Positions 10,384 to 19,442 of a DNA stretch of 64,000 nt are shown here, piece by piece (position 1 is the stretch's first letter; the number at the start of each line of letters is the position of its first letter). The stretch covers positions 96,001 through 160,000 of the forward strand of contig CAXXIN010000013.1 of the NCBI GenBank assembly GCA_963665275.2, given 5' to 3'. A program made the position numbers and the translations under genes. The notes below the pieces were generated by a model, which searched no databases, was not told where the DNA came from, and saw only the letters and a program-made list of their open reading frames with translations. This DNA comes from Negativicutes bacterium (lineage in GTDB: Bacteria; Bacillota; Negativicutes; UBA1444).

Positions 10384-11830
10384 CTACGAGTGGGCATACT
10401 GATTTTCTTGTTTTGTTTCGTCAGATGGCGGGGCAGAACGTGCAGACGGTATTGGTTGCTCCGCTTCAGAGCCTAAGGTTCCACAAATCTCCTCCAGCTC
10501 CTCGTCTCCAACACCCTCGGCGTGACTGCGGGAAAGCACAACCTTCACCGTTTTCAACATCAACACCAGATCCGTAATCACATTGCATTGTTGAATATAA
10601 ATCAGGTCGTATACCAGCTTGCTATACGGCGTGGTGGTGTATTTCCCATAAACCTGCGCCATGCCGGTTATCCCCGGTTTCACGTTGCTACGGTGAATGT
10701 ATTCCGGTAATTTCTTTTTTAGTTTCTCGACGAAGAATGGGCGTTCCGGTCTTGGCCCCACAATGCTCATGTTGCCGATCAACACATTAACCAATTGCGG
10801 CAGTTCGTCGATCCGTGTTGCCCGAATAAATCGGCCCACCCTAGTCACACGCGGATCATCCGTCGTCGCCAACACCGGTCCCGTATGTTCTTCTGCATCG
10901 ATGCGCATCGTGCGGAACTTGTAGACGTTAAACTCTTTTTCCTGTTCGCCAACCCGTCGTTGGCTGAAAAAAAACAGGGCCATGGCTATCCAACTTAATT
11001 GCGATCGCCACTAGAATAAACACCGGAATCAGGCACACCATCCCAATCGCTGCAACAACAAGGTCCAGCAGCCGCTTCATGAGTTGCTGTTCCGGTGTAG
11101 GGCGCAGATAACGCGGTCGAAAAACCGGAATATCATCGATTTTATCCAAGTCAACATGACTGCAATACAATTCATAGAATTCCGGTATGATAAAGACCTG
11201 TTTTTCGTTCATTTGGCAATAATGCAACATAGCCGCCTTATCGCCAAGTTTCATGTCAGAAGACAGAATCACCAAATCAACATCGTGCATGACTGCCTTC
11301 CAGTCGCCGCTGTCATATTCCGGGCAAACATATTTCACACGATCCTTCAGATAATCGTGTGAATGAAGACGGCTGACCAGACTGTGGCAATCGGTGGCGC
11401 CTCCCATAAGCAAAACCTTGCGCGATACCATGCTTGCATGCTCAAGCTTCCAGTACAAGCTATTCCATAAAGACAATGCCACAAATTGCAACAAAGTGGC
11501 CGTGAGCAAAATGCTGCGGGAATAGGCAAAATCCCTTAAAAAAAAGCTGATTGCCATAATGATGACGAACATCTTCACCATGACAATCGCCAAATCAATC
11601 AACACTTCGCTGTAGTTCTTGCGAATTAGCGAAAGCAGACCATTGAAAACCAATAATGTAGCTACAACAACCAACATTACCGGCAACATTCCTCTGTAAA
11701 GCTCCATGTCGAGCGTTGCATCACGGTATGAAAGGACTAGAAAAATTGCAGCATAGGAAGACAGGGCAACGAGCACCATATCTCCTGCAAACAATGTGAT
11801 CTTTCGCAATCCTGGAAAACGTCGTCGCAC
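10384..11830 (-). pseudogene. Priming polyprenyl-phosphate sugar transferase, copy 2, with one +1 frameshift
   Basis: KRLLD, KFRTM, RIDELPQL, VGPRPERP, KPGITG. T8 run at 10967-10974 versus T7 at the equivalent site of the intact paralogue (12730-12736). GTG start inferred from SD. Confidence 0.9.
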
Positions 11831-11881
11831 CCAATTCCCTCTTTCACAAATCAATCGTCTTTTCTTAGCAACTTCCCCTTA

Positions 11882-12181
11882 CTAATGCGCGAGCAAGCCA
11901 TAAATCGACGCAGTAGTATCGTCCACAAATCGGCATCCATAAAGCTTGTTGCTGTTACGCAAAACAATGGCGTTAACAACAACGGTCCGAGTCAGTGTCG
12001 TCAATTCCAATTTAATACGCTCGCCCAAGGACAATACAGCTTCCGTTTCAAATCCAATATTGTCTTCGGACACATCGACCGACAAAGCCTGGTAACAGTG
12101 ATCGGGCGTATTTTCTGATCGCAATGCCAATGTTTGGGTGACATTGATGCGCCCCCGTTCACGCCTTTCTAGATAATCCAT
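11882..12181 (-). CDS. Stand-alone PilZ domain protein
   Basis: ERRERGR (RxxxR), DVSEDNIG (variant DxSxxG), terminal YGCRF; SD AAGGA. Confidence 0.8.
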   Translation of the reverse strand: MDYLERRERGRINVTQTLALRSENTPDHCYQALSVDVSEDNIGFETEAVLSLGERIKLELTTLTRTVVVNAIVLRNSNKLYGCRFVDDTTASIYGLLAH

Positions 12182-12203
12182 GTCAACACATCCTTAATTA
12201 AAG

Positions 12204-13592
12204 TTACTGACTAGGCCCGCCAGTTTTTGCGGATACTTCGTATGTATGTAATGTTTCGCGATTAGTATTGCGAACACCTTCTGCGCTGCTCTTGGAAAGT
12301 AAAACCTTCACCGTTCGCAACATCAGCACCAGATCCGTAATCACATTGCACTGCTGAATATAAGTCAGATCGTACACCAGCTTGTTGTATGGGGTAGTAT
12401 TGTATTTGCCGTAGACCTGCGCCATGCCGGTTATTCCCGGTTTCACGTTGCTGCGGTGAATATATTCCGGCAATTCCCGTTTCAGCATTTCAACAAAGAA
12501 CGGGCGTTCCGGCCTTGGCCCCACAATGCTCATGTTGCCGATCAACACATTAACCAATTGCGGCAGTTCGTCGATCCGCGTGGCCCGAATAAACCGCCCC
12601 ACCCTAGTCACACGCGGATCATCCGTCGTCGCCAACACCGGTCCCGTATGTTCTTCTGCATCGATGCGCATCGTGCGAAACTTGTAGACGTTAAACTCTT
12701 TTTCCTGTTCGCCAACCCGCCGTTGACTGAAAAAAACAGGGCCATAGCTATCCAGCTTAATTGCGATCGCCACTAGAATAAACACCGGAATCAGGCACAC
12801 CGTTGCAGTCGCAGCAACAACAAGGTCCAACATTCGCTTCATAAGTTGCTGTTCCGGCGTAGGTCGCAGATAACGCGGCCGAAAAACCGGAATGTCGTCG
12901 ATTTTATCCAAGTCAACATGACTGCAATACAATTCATAGAATTCCGGTATGATAAAGACCTGTTTTTCGTTCATTTGGCAATAATGCAGCATAGCCGCCT
13001 TATCGCCAAGTTTCATGTCCGAAGATAGGATCACCAAATCAACATCATGCATGACCGCTTGCCAGTCGCTAGTTTCGTAATCAGGGCAAACATATTTCAC
13101 ATAGTCCTTCAGGTACGAATGAGTACGAAGACGGTTGATCAGGACATGAGATTCCTTGGTCGAACCCATGAGCAACACTCTGCGTGAAATCATACTGGCA
13201 TGTTCGAGCCGCCAAAAAAAACGGTTCCAAAAAGCCAAGGTCACAAATTGGATCATTGTTGCGGTGAGCAGGATACTGCGGGAATAGGCAAAATCCCGTA
13301 AGAAAAAACTGATCGCCATCATGATGACGAACATCTTCACCATGACAATCACCAAATCAATCAACACTTCACTGTATTGTTTGCGAACCAACGAAAGCAA
13401 GCCATTAAAAACCAGCAACGTGGCCGCAACAGCCAATATAACTGGCAGCATTCCGTGGTAAAGTTCCATGTCCAGCTGTACGTCACGAAATGGAACGACT
13501 AAGAAAATCGCCGCATAGGAAGACAGGGCAACGAGCGCCAGATCGCCTGCAAACAATAGGATTTTTCTCAATCCCGGAAAACGACGTCGCAC
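12204..13592 (-). CDS. Priming polyprenyl-phosphate sugar transferase (WcaJ/CpsE-like), copy 1
   Basis: Four N-terminal TM helices, KRMLD, KFRTM, DELPQ, GPRPERP, KPGITGMAQV. GTG start after GGGGGAG (alternative ATG 13613). Confidence 0.93.
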   Translation of the reverse strand: MRRRFPGLRKILLFAGDLALVALSSYAAIFLVVPFRDVQLDMELYHGMLPVILAVAATLLVFNGLLSLVRKQYSEVLIDLVIVMVKMFVIMMAISFFLRDFAYSRSILLTATMIQFVTLAFWNRFFWRLEHASMISRRVLLMGSTKESHVLINRLRTHSYLKDYVKYVCPDYETSDWQAVMHDVDLVILSSDMKLGDKAAMLHYCQMNEKQVFIIPEFYELYCSHVDLDKIDDIPVFRPRYLRPTPEQQLMKRMLDLVVAATATVCLIPVFILVAIAIKLDSYGPVFFSQRRVGEQEKEFNVYKFRTMRIDAEEHTGPVLATTDDPRVTRVGRFIRATRIDELPQLVNVLIGNMSIVGPRPERPFFVEMLKRELPEYIHRSNVKPGITGMAQVYGKYNTTPYNKLVYDLTYIQQCNVITDLVLMLRTVKVLLSKSSAEGVRNTNRETLHTYEVSAKTGGPSQ

Positions 13593-13798
13593 CGAACTCC
13601 CCCTTTCTCGCATCGGTCAACCTTACCAGATTTTGCAGGTAAGAATGCTTGCTTTGAAACGATATTTCAAACTTTTTCTTAATCATACAATGAAAAAAGC
13701 CTTTTCGATATTAGCCTAAAGTATAATAATTAGAATCGGAAGTGAAATTTGAATTGAAAAACAAAATTATTGGTTAAAGCCAAGTTCATCTCTTCGCC

Positions 13799-15007
13799 TT
13801 ATGACAAACGAAATTTTCCCAAAAGCTTCGGTCCGATCGACTCGATGTTGAAATGTTCTTTTACTTGGATTTTTCCCAACCGAATCATACTTGCCTTTTT
13901 GCTTTCGTCATGCATGAGAGACAATAACGCCTCAAATAAAGCTATAGGGTCTTTGTCCGGCACAAGAATCGATGTTCCGTCTACGCAAAGTTCCGGTATA
14001 CCACCTGTCAACGTCGAAACTACTGGAACTCCCGCCGCCATGGCTTCAATGAGTGAAACAGGAATCCCTTCCATTTCCCCACGGTCCGTTACAATACTCG
14101 GCAAAGTCACACAATCCCATTGCCCGGAAAAGAGTTTCGCAAGAAGGAGTGAATGAGATATCTCGCCAAGAAAATTAATACACCCTGCCAGTCCCATTTG
14201 ACTGACTTGCTGTTGCATCTGGAGTTTCAATTCCCCTTTGCCTGCAAAATCAAGCTGAACTTTTTCGCCTTGCTTCTGCAGCAATTGAATAGCCTGAATC
14301 AAATAAATGTGTCCCTTCACTTCGACGAAATTGGCTGGCATGAGAATCCTAAATATCCGGTCCTCATCCTGCTTTTTTTTATGCTCAGTAGCAACTTCGG
14401 GAGGAATTGCAACTCCCATATGAAGAACATGGACTTTTTCAGTCTTGCCAGTCAAATTTCGAATCGACCTTGCGCCATTTTCATTGATACACCGCACAAA
14501 AGAGCAAGAATTTATTTTTTCCCTAATTAGATTGTTTACTGCGATGTCCGCCCGGTGAGCGGTAATGCTCCAGGGGATTTTCAGCATGGATGCCGTTATC
14601 ATGGCCATAGTGGCGCTTGCATTTATCCAATGAACATGAATATGGTCAGGGATCCCAGTCTTGCGTAGGTATCTTGTCAACCAGAGCGCTTTGGGAATAA
14701 CAGCAAGATTTTTAATAAAAATCCATGAATTTTTACTTTTCCCGATTTTCATGATCAGTTTCGCAACTTCGACGGGGTTCCGACCTATCTCTTGCACTGC
14801 CGCAACAATAATTGAGCCATTACATAGCGGTTGTTTTAGGGAAAACGCCAACAGTGCCTCGCTATCCTGATGAACTACTTCACTCTCGGGACGCAATGGA
14901 ACTACCGTAACGTGATGTCCAGCTTTCATAATATACATGATTTCGGGAATAACAAAAGCTTCATACGTACCAAAGGGTAAATTATGGGTAATATAACAGA
15001 TCTTCAT
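13799..15007 (-). CDS. GT4 glycosyltransferase (WcaL-like)
   Basis: HIHVHW, SITAHRADI, EVKGH, EGIPVSLIEAMAAG. Confidence 0.88.
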   Translation of the reverse strand: MKICYITHNLPFGTYEAFVIPEIMYIMKAGHHVTVVPLRPESEVVHQDSEALLAFSLKQPLCNGSIIVAAVQEIGRNPVEVAKLIMKIGKSKNSWIFIKNLAVIPKALWLTRYLRKTGIPDHIHVHWINASATMAMITASMLKIPWSITAHRADIAVNNLIREKINSCSFVRCINENGARSIRNLTGKTEKVHVLHMGVAIPPEVATEHKKKQDEDRIFRILMPANFVEVKGHIYLIQAIQLLQKQGEKVQLDFAGKGELKLQMQQQVSQMGLAGCINFLGEISHSLLLAKLFSGQWDCVTLPSIVTDRGEMEGIPVSLIEAMAAGVPVVSTLTGGIPELCVDGTSILVPDKDPIALFEALLSLMHDESKKASMIRLGKIQVKEHFNIESIGPKLLGKFRLS

Positions 15008-15041
15008 TTTCTCAGTCCCATTGTTGCGTACTTCCCCACTA

Positions 15042-16175
15042 TCACAAAATTGGTTCTCCTTTTGCAACCTGCTCAATCAGTTTCACGTAGGAATCCACCA
15101 TCACGTCCAAACTATTATGACGCCGAACGTAGTCCGCACCAATACTCCCTAGCCTTCTTGCCAGCAATTCATCACCAGCAAGTTGTTTTAACGAGTTCCA
15201 ATAATGTTCGACATTATTTTCCGCAAATATGAAGGGGGATAGCTCTGCGATATCGCGCTGTATGTCCTTTGCATATCCTACCTGTGTGGTAAGGACCGGC
15301 AGTTCGCAAGCCATCGCTTCCAGCAGAGAATAACTGCACCCTTCATATCGCGTAGGAAACACGAATATATCCGCCGCAGAATAGATCTCCGGGATTTGGT
15401 TATAGTTTACATTTTGCACAAATACAACATTAGCCGGCCACCCTGACGGTATTTCATCAGTGGCAATCAAAAACTTGATCCGCAATTGCTCTTCCCATGC
15501 CAGCACGGCAAGAGCACGCAACTCTTCAAACCCCTTCCCGATAATGCCAAACCTTCCTGTAAAGCAGGCGACAAAGTCATCAGTATCTACTCCATATTTT
15601 TGCCGACAACCGGCTGGATCTCTTGGGGAGAAATGCTCTGTATCAATTCCATTAGGAATTACTATCGGTTTTATGCCGGAATAATATTGCCGAAGCTCTT
15701 CGGCTACAGCACTGGAAACCGCGACAGAAACAGCACCGGTTGCAGTATATTGCTCCAAGCCCCCCTTAAATCTGTCCAACCCAATATATCGATTCAATTT
15801 CGTCCGCCACGTAACACCGGCGGGAAACTTGAGGTGCGACAACCCCCGCATGCTTCCATGATGAATAACGATGCGGGGAATTTGGGTTTTCCCTCGCAAA
15901 TTCCACCCCGCTATGCTGTTTTGGATGATGACATCCGTGAGGACACTATGCGCGGACATCTGTCGCCAGGCAACATTGCCAATCTGCATGTTGCGGTACT
16001 GATTGACCAGATATTTGTCGTACCATTTATCGGTCCAACCCTCGATTGAACTGCGATCATAAACATCTATCATCATTTTTCGGCTTGCCAAACAATCTGC
16101 CATTGAGAAGGCAAACCGTTCAACGCCACCTATATTACCTGGCGAAATATCCGACACAAGCGCAATTCGCAGCAC
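15042..16175 (-). CDS. GT4 glycosyltransferase
   Basis: GGVERF, IPNGID, YEGCSYSLLEAMAC; GTG 7 nt after GGAGG. Confidence 0.88.
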   Translation of the reverse strand: MLRIALVSDISPGNIGGVERFAFSMADCLASRKMMIDVYDRSSIEGWTDKWYDKYLVNQYRNMQIGNVAWRQMSAHSVLTDVIIQNSIAGWNLRGKTQIPRIVIHHGSMRGLSHLKFPAGVTWRTKLNRYIGLDRFKGGLEQYTATGAVSVAVSSAVAEELRQYYSGIKPIVIPNGIDTEHFSPRDPAGCRQKYGVDTDDFVACFTGRFGIIGKGFEELRALAVLAWEEQLRIKFLIATDEIPSGWPANVVFVQNVNYNQIPEIYSAADIFVFPTRYEGCSYSLLEAMACELPVLTTQVGYAKDIQRDIAELSPFIFAENNVEHYWNSLKQLAGDELLARRLGSIGADYVRRHNSLDVMVDSYVKLIEQVAKGEPIL

Positions 16176-16224
16176 GACCAATCCTCCAATCACTGGATAC
16201 GACTTCGCATCGTCAGCTATCACG

Positions 16225-17358
16225 CTAGCTGTGTAAATCGTTCGACTTCAATTCCTTCTTTTCACTCCGCATCAAACAGGTGCACAAGCGCGACATTTGA
16301 TTTTTTAGCTGCGATTTGCATTGACACGAAAAATACGGTACATACAAAGCAAGACATGCAACAGCCCGCGTTTTACTCAGAATGAAGGTTCTGCAGTTAT
16401 GCTGTATCCCGCCAATTTTAAACTTATACTCTTCGGTCCCTCTCGTTAAATCAAAATATTTAACCTGTTTATTTTGATTAATGAGGAAGCAAATTGTTTT
16501 ATATAAGAGCACGATACCAATACTATATTCTTTATAAATCGACTTATACGCGGTTATGGGAGAGCAAATGGTCCCGTTGGGAGAAACAAATCCCAAAAAA
16601 ACGGCAGCAATTTCACCATCAATATAGCATTCTGCCAAAAACCCTTGTCGTGTATCGCGCAAGTACTGCTTTACTGCATTTACACTTTTTAAATTAACTT
16701 CGCGCCGCAGTTCCAAAGAATGATTTATGTACAATTGAAGCACTTCATCAATAGCCCCTTCTTGCAGTTGACGATCTTCTACAAATCGATATTCAACCTC
16801 GAGCAGGCTATTTTCAAGTCGCGATATGCTTCGTCTAACTTTCGATTTAACTCGCTTGGACAAAGTGGCGTGAAATTCGTCAATACTGCCCCAAATAGGC
16901 ACCTTAACACAGGGGGTGCAATAGTTTCTTTGGCCAAAAGGCAATCGGTCGACAAAAGAGCTTATCCGACTGCTGCTGTGCAGCAAATTGAGATGTAAGA
17001 TAACGTTGGTCCTGGCATTTATTAATTCGTTTATAAAGTAATAAAAATCTTCGTATCGCAAATCCTGGTGATAAATAAAGTTTAAGTAGTCAGAATGCGT
17101 TTCTTCCCCTAAAAACCTTAACTCCTGAAAAACAACTTTGTTGCGTTTAACAAAAGGGGCGATTAAGATCATTTTCCCTTGTTTGTACAGACAATAATAG
17201 TTTAGGGTACCCCCATAGGTGCCATTTTCAATCAACGCAATATTCCATTCAAAAGACTGATACGGAGATAGTTCACTATTGTTTTCATACAGTTCCGCCC
17301 ACTCCGCACTGATAGTAAAAATGCTTTCAACAGAAGATAATAATGATATTTGAAACAA
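16225..17358 (-). CDS. CelD/BcsL-type GNAT acyltransferase
   Basis: SPYQSFEW, SDYLNF, YSIGIVLL, FDLTRGTEEYK motifs. Confidence 0.8.
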   Translation of the reverse strand: MFQISLLSSVESIFTISAEWAELYENNSELSPYQSFEWNIALIENGTYGGTLNYYCLYKQGKMILIAPFVKRNKVVFQELRFLGEETHSDYLNFIYHQDLRYEDFYYFINELINARTNVILHLNLLHSSSRISSFVDRLPFGQRNYCTPCVKVPIWGSIDEFHATLSKRVKSKVRRSISRLENSLLEVEYRFVEDRQLQEGAIDEVLQLYINHSLELRREVNLKSVNAVKQYLRDTRQGFLAECYIDGEIAAVFLGFVSPNGTICSPITAYKSIYKEYSIGIVLLYKTICFLINQNKQVKYFDLTRGTEEYKFKIGGIQHNCRTFILSKTRAVACLALYVPYFSCQCKSQLKNQMSRLCTCLMRSEKKELKSNDLHS

Positions 17359-17498
17359 ATTGCCACCTTCCTTATTATAACGATATTTTGATGCATCTTC
17401 CCCTCATTTCCCCATAATGATTCAGATTCGTTGCTCATTTTGACTCAAGCGTGACACGACGAATAAGGCTGTGTCGAAGTTGTTATTTTTTAATCGCT

Positions 17499-18113
17499 TC
17501 ATCTACTTACGATCTCGTACTGCGCCATTATTTTATTGTAACTGAAGGAACAGCACACAAATGATCCAATTGGAATAAAACCATTTCTTTCAATCCCTTT
17601 ACGACTACGAATGTTTGAAGCAAGCGCACCTATAATGAACCGCTTACCGTCTATTTGCAAACATATATGATTAAGCAATTTTGTATAATAACCTTGTCGT
17701 TGAAACATATCATTAGTCATAAAGTCAAATAACATATATACTCCGCCAGGGATATCGATCTTCTTATTAATTTCAGTAATGGGAAAATCCTGGCAATGGC
17801 CTGCATACCACCCAGATGATATTACATGATGTTGGTTGCAAAAAGCGACAAAGCATGCATCATAATTGGCGAATCTTTCGTATGCAAGCGGTGATTGTTG
17901 CATTTGAAATTGATTTAAAAGGTCGACATACTCATCAATACAATGCGCCTCTTTGTAAACAACGTCAGTTCCAAGGTTTAATGGGAAAGGAACGATACCT
18001 GCCTTAGTTGTTGTATATACCACCATTTTAGGTCTAAAAACACACAGATGCGTTTGTATCCTATTGATGACCCTCCTCATTATGCGTCTGGCAATCTGGC
18101 TGATTTCAAACAC
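17499..18113 (-). CDS. GNAT-fold protein
   Basis: FQRQGYYT (motif A) and NIRSRKGIERNGF; GTG 8 nt after AAAGGAG. Confidence 0.65.
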   Translation of the reverse strand: MFEISQIARRIMRRVINRIQTHLCVFRPKMVVYTTTKAGIVPFPLNLGTDVVYKEAHCIDEYVDLLNQFQMQQSPLAYERFANYDACFVAFCNQHHVISSGWYAGHCQDFPITEINKKIDIPGGVYMLFDFMTNDMFQRQGYYTKLLNHICLQIDGKRFIIGALASNIRSRKGIERNGFIPIGSFVCCSFSYNKIMAQYEIVSR

Positions 18114-18239
18114 GATCTTCACTCCTTTCAGCTGGATAGTCAACGCCTCGTAATTAACTTGTGTATATTTCTGCCAAACCAACTGATTTGGCGTTACTAT
18201 GGATCATCCATATCCAAGCCCGTATCTTGTCCGTCCATT

Positions 18240-19415
18240 TTAGTGCGACCTATCTTTTGTCGCGCCCTCCGCATATACCTTCAAATATTGTTGCGCCATT
18301 ATTATGTGGGAAAATTTTTCCACACAATGGATTCGCGCCGCCGCGCCCATTCTTTTCAGCAGATTTGTATCAGCCATTAACGCGTGCACTCGATCCGCCA
18401 AAGCGCCCACATCGTCGGGGGCTACCAGATATCCCGTAATTCCGTCCTGCACATGTTCCTCCAAGGCGCTGGTTCGATACGCAACGATGGGCAACCCGCT
18501 GGACATTGCCTCAAGCACGGAATAAGGCGATGACTCCTCCGATTTTCCCGAAAGACCGGCCTGTCGAGAAGGAAACAGCAAAATATCGCCTTGTCGATAA
18601 AACTCCGGCATTCTCTCCTTCCGCAATGAGCCAAGAAACGTTACCTGATCCACTAATCCTTTATCCAGCACGTACTGCTTCGCCGCCGACTCCTGAGACC
18701 CCGTTCCGGCAACACTTAGCAAAATCCGCATTTCTGATCGGCTGTTCAAAATATGAATTACCTGGAGCGCATCAAGAATTCCTTTGGCGGTTTGCAACAG
18801 GCCAGCGAAGAGAATATTTGTTTTTTTTGAAGCCACTTCACTACTGGGTTTATAAATATCTGTATCGAGTCCATTGGGTATAATGGTGACCGTTTTAGCA
18901 GTAAATTGTGTTATATAGCTGGCGGCCCTACGCCCGACACAAATGATTGAATCCACTTGATCATAACCGATTTTTTCCATGCCCCAGAGCCATTGATGAG
19001 TTTTATCGCCAATAATACACCAATTGCGGGATTCGGCTTCGTAGGTCAAATACCCATGAACTGTCAATGCCAATCTACAACCCGTCAAATAGCGCAACAC
19101 TTTTGCCATTCCCACATGTTGGACATTTTGGATATTCAGTACATCAATCTTACCCTTCGTTTTCCACAAGGCATCCGCGATATAATACGCGTCTTCCGAC
19201 CAGCGTCGATAGCGACGCGACAAATACAAATTTGCCTTCCCAATAATTTTTTCTGGTAGGCGAATAAACGGTATGCGAATGCACGATGGCGGATTTTCCG
19301 GCACAACAGCAACATCGTGTCCTAATTCGCGAAGTCCTTTCGCCAACATACACACATGAGTGGATACTCCGCCAATTTCTTCGAAAGGAGGGGATGGAAG
19401 CAATACAATGTTCAC
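18240..19415 (-). CDS. GT4 glycosyltransferase
   Basis: GGVSTHV, TVHG, IPNGLD, AKGI, EESSPYSVLEAMSSG. Confidence 0.88.
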   Translation of the reverse strand: MNIVLLPSPPFEEIGGVSTHVCMLAKGLRELGHDVAVVPENPPSCIRIPFIRLPEKIIGKANLYLSRRYRRWSEDAYYIADALWKTKGKIDVLNIQNVQHVGMAKVLRYLTGCRLALTVHGYLTYEAESRNWCIIGDKTHQWLWGMEKIGYDQVDSIICVGRRAASYITQFTAKTVTIIPNGLDTDIYKPSSEVASKKTNILFAGLLQTAKGILDALQVIHILNSRSEMRILLSVAGTGSQESAAKQYVLDKGLVDQVTFLGSLRKERMPEFYRQGDILLFPSRQAGLSGKSEESSPYSVLEAMSSGLPIVAYRTSALEEHVQDGITGYLVAPDDVGALADRVHALMADTNLLKRMGAAARIHCVEKFSHIIMAQQYLKVYAEGATKDRSH

Positions 19416-19442
19416 GGACAGCCTCCTCGGTACAATAACCTA

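Noticed and set aside
17232-17438. 68-aa ORF, and similar small ORFs at 21128-21506
   Set aside because: No recognisable motifs or convincing SD; they overlap real genes out of frame.
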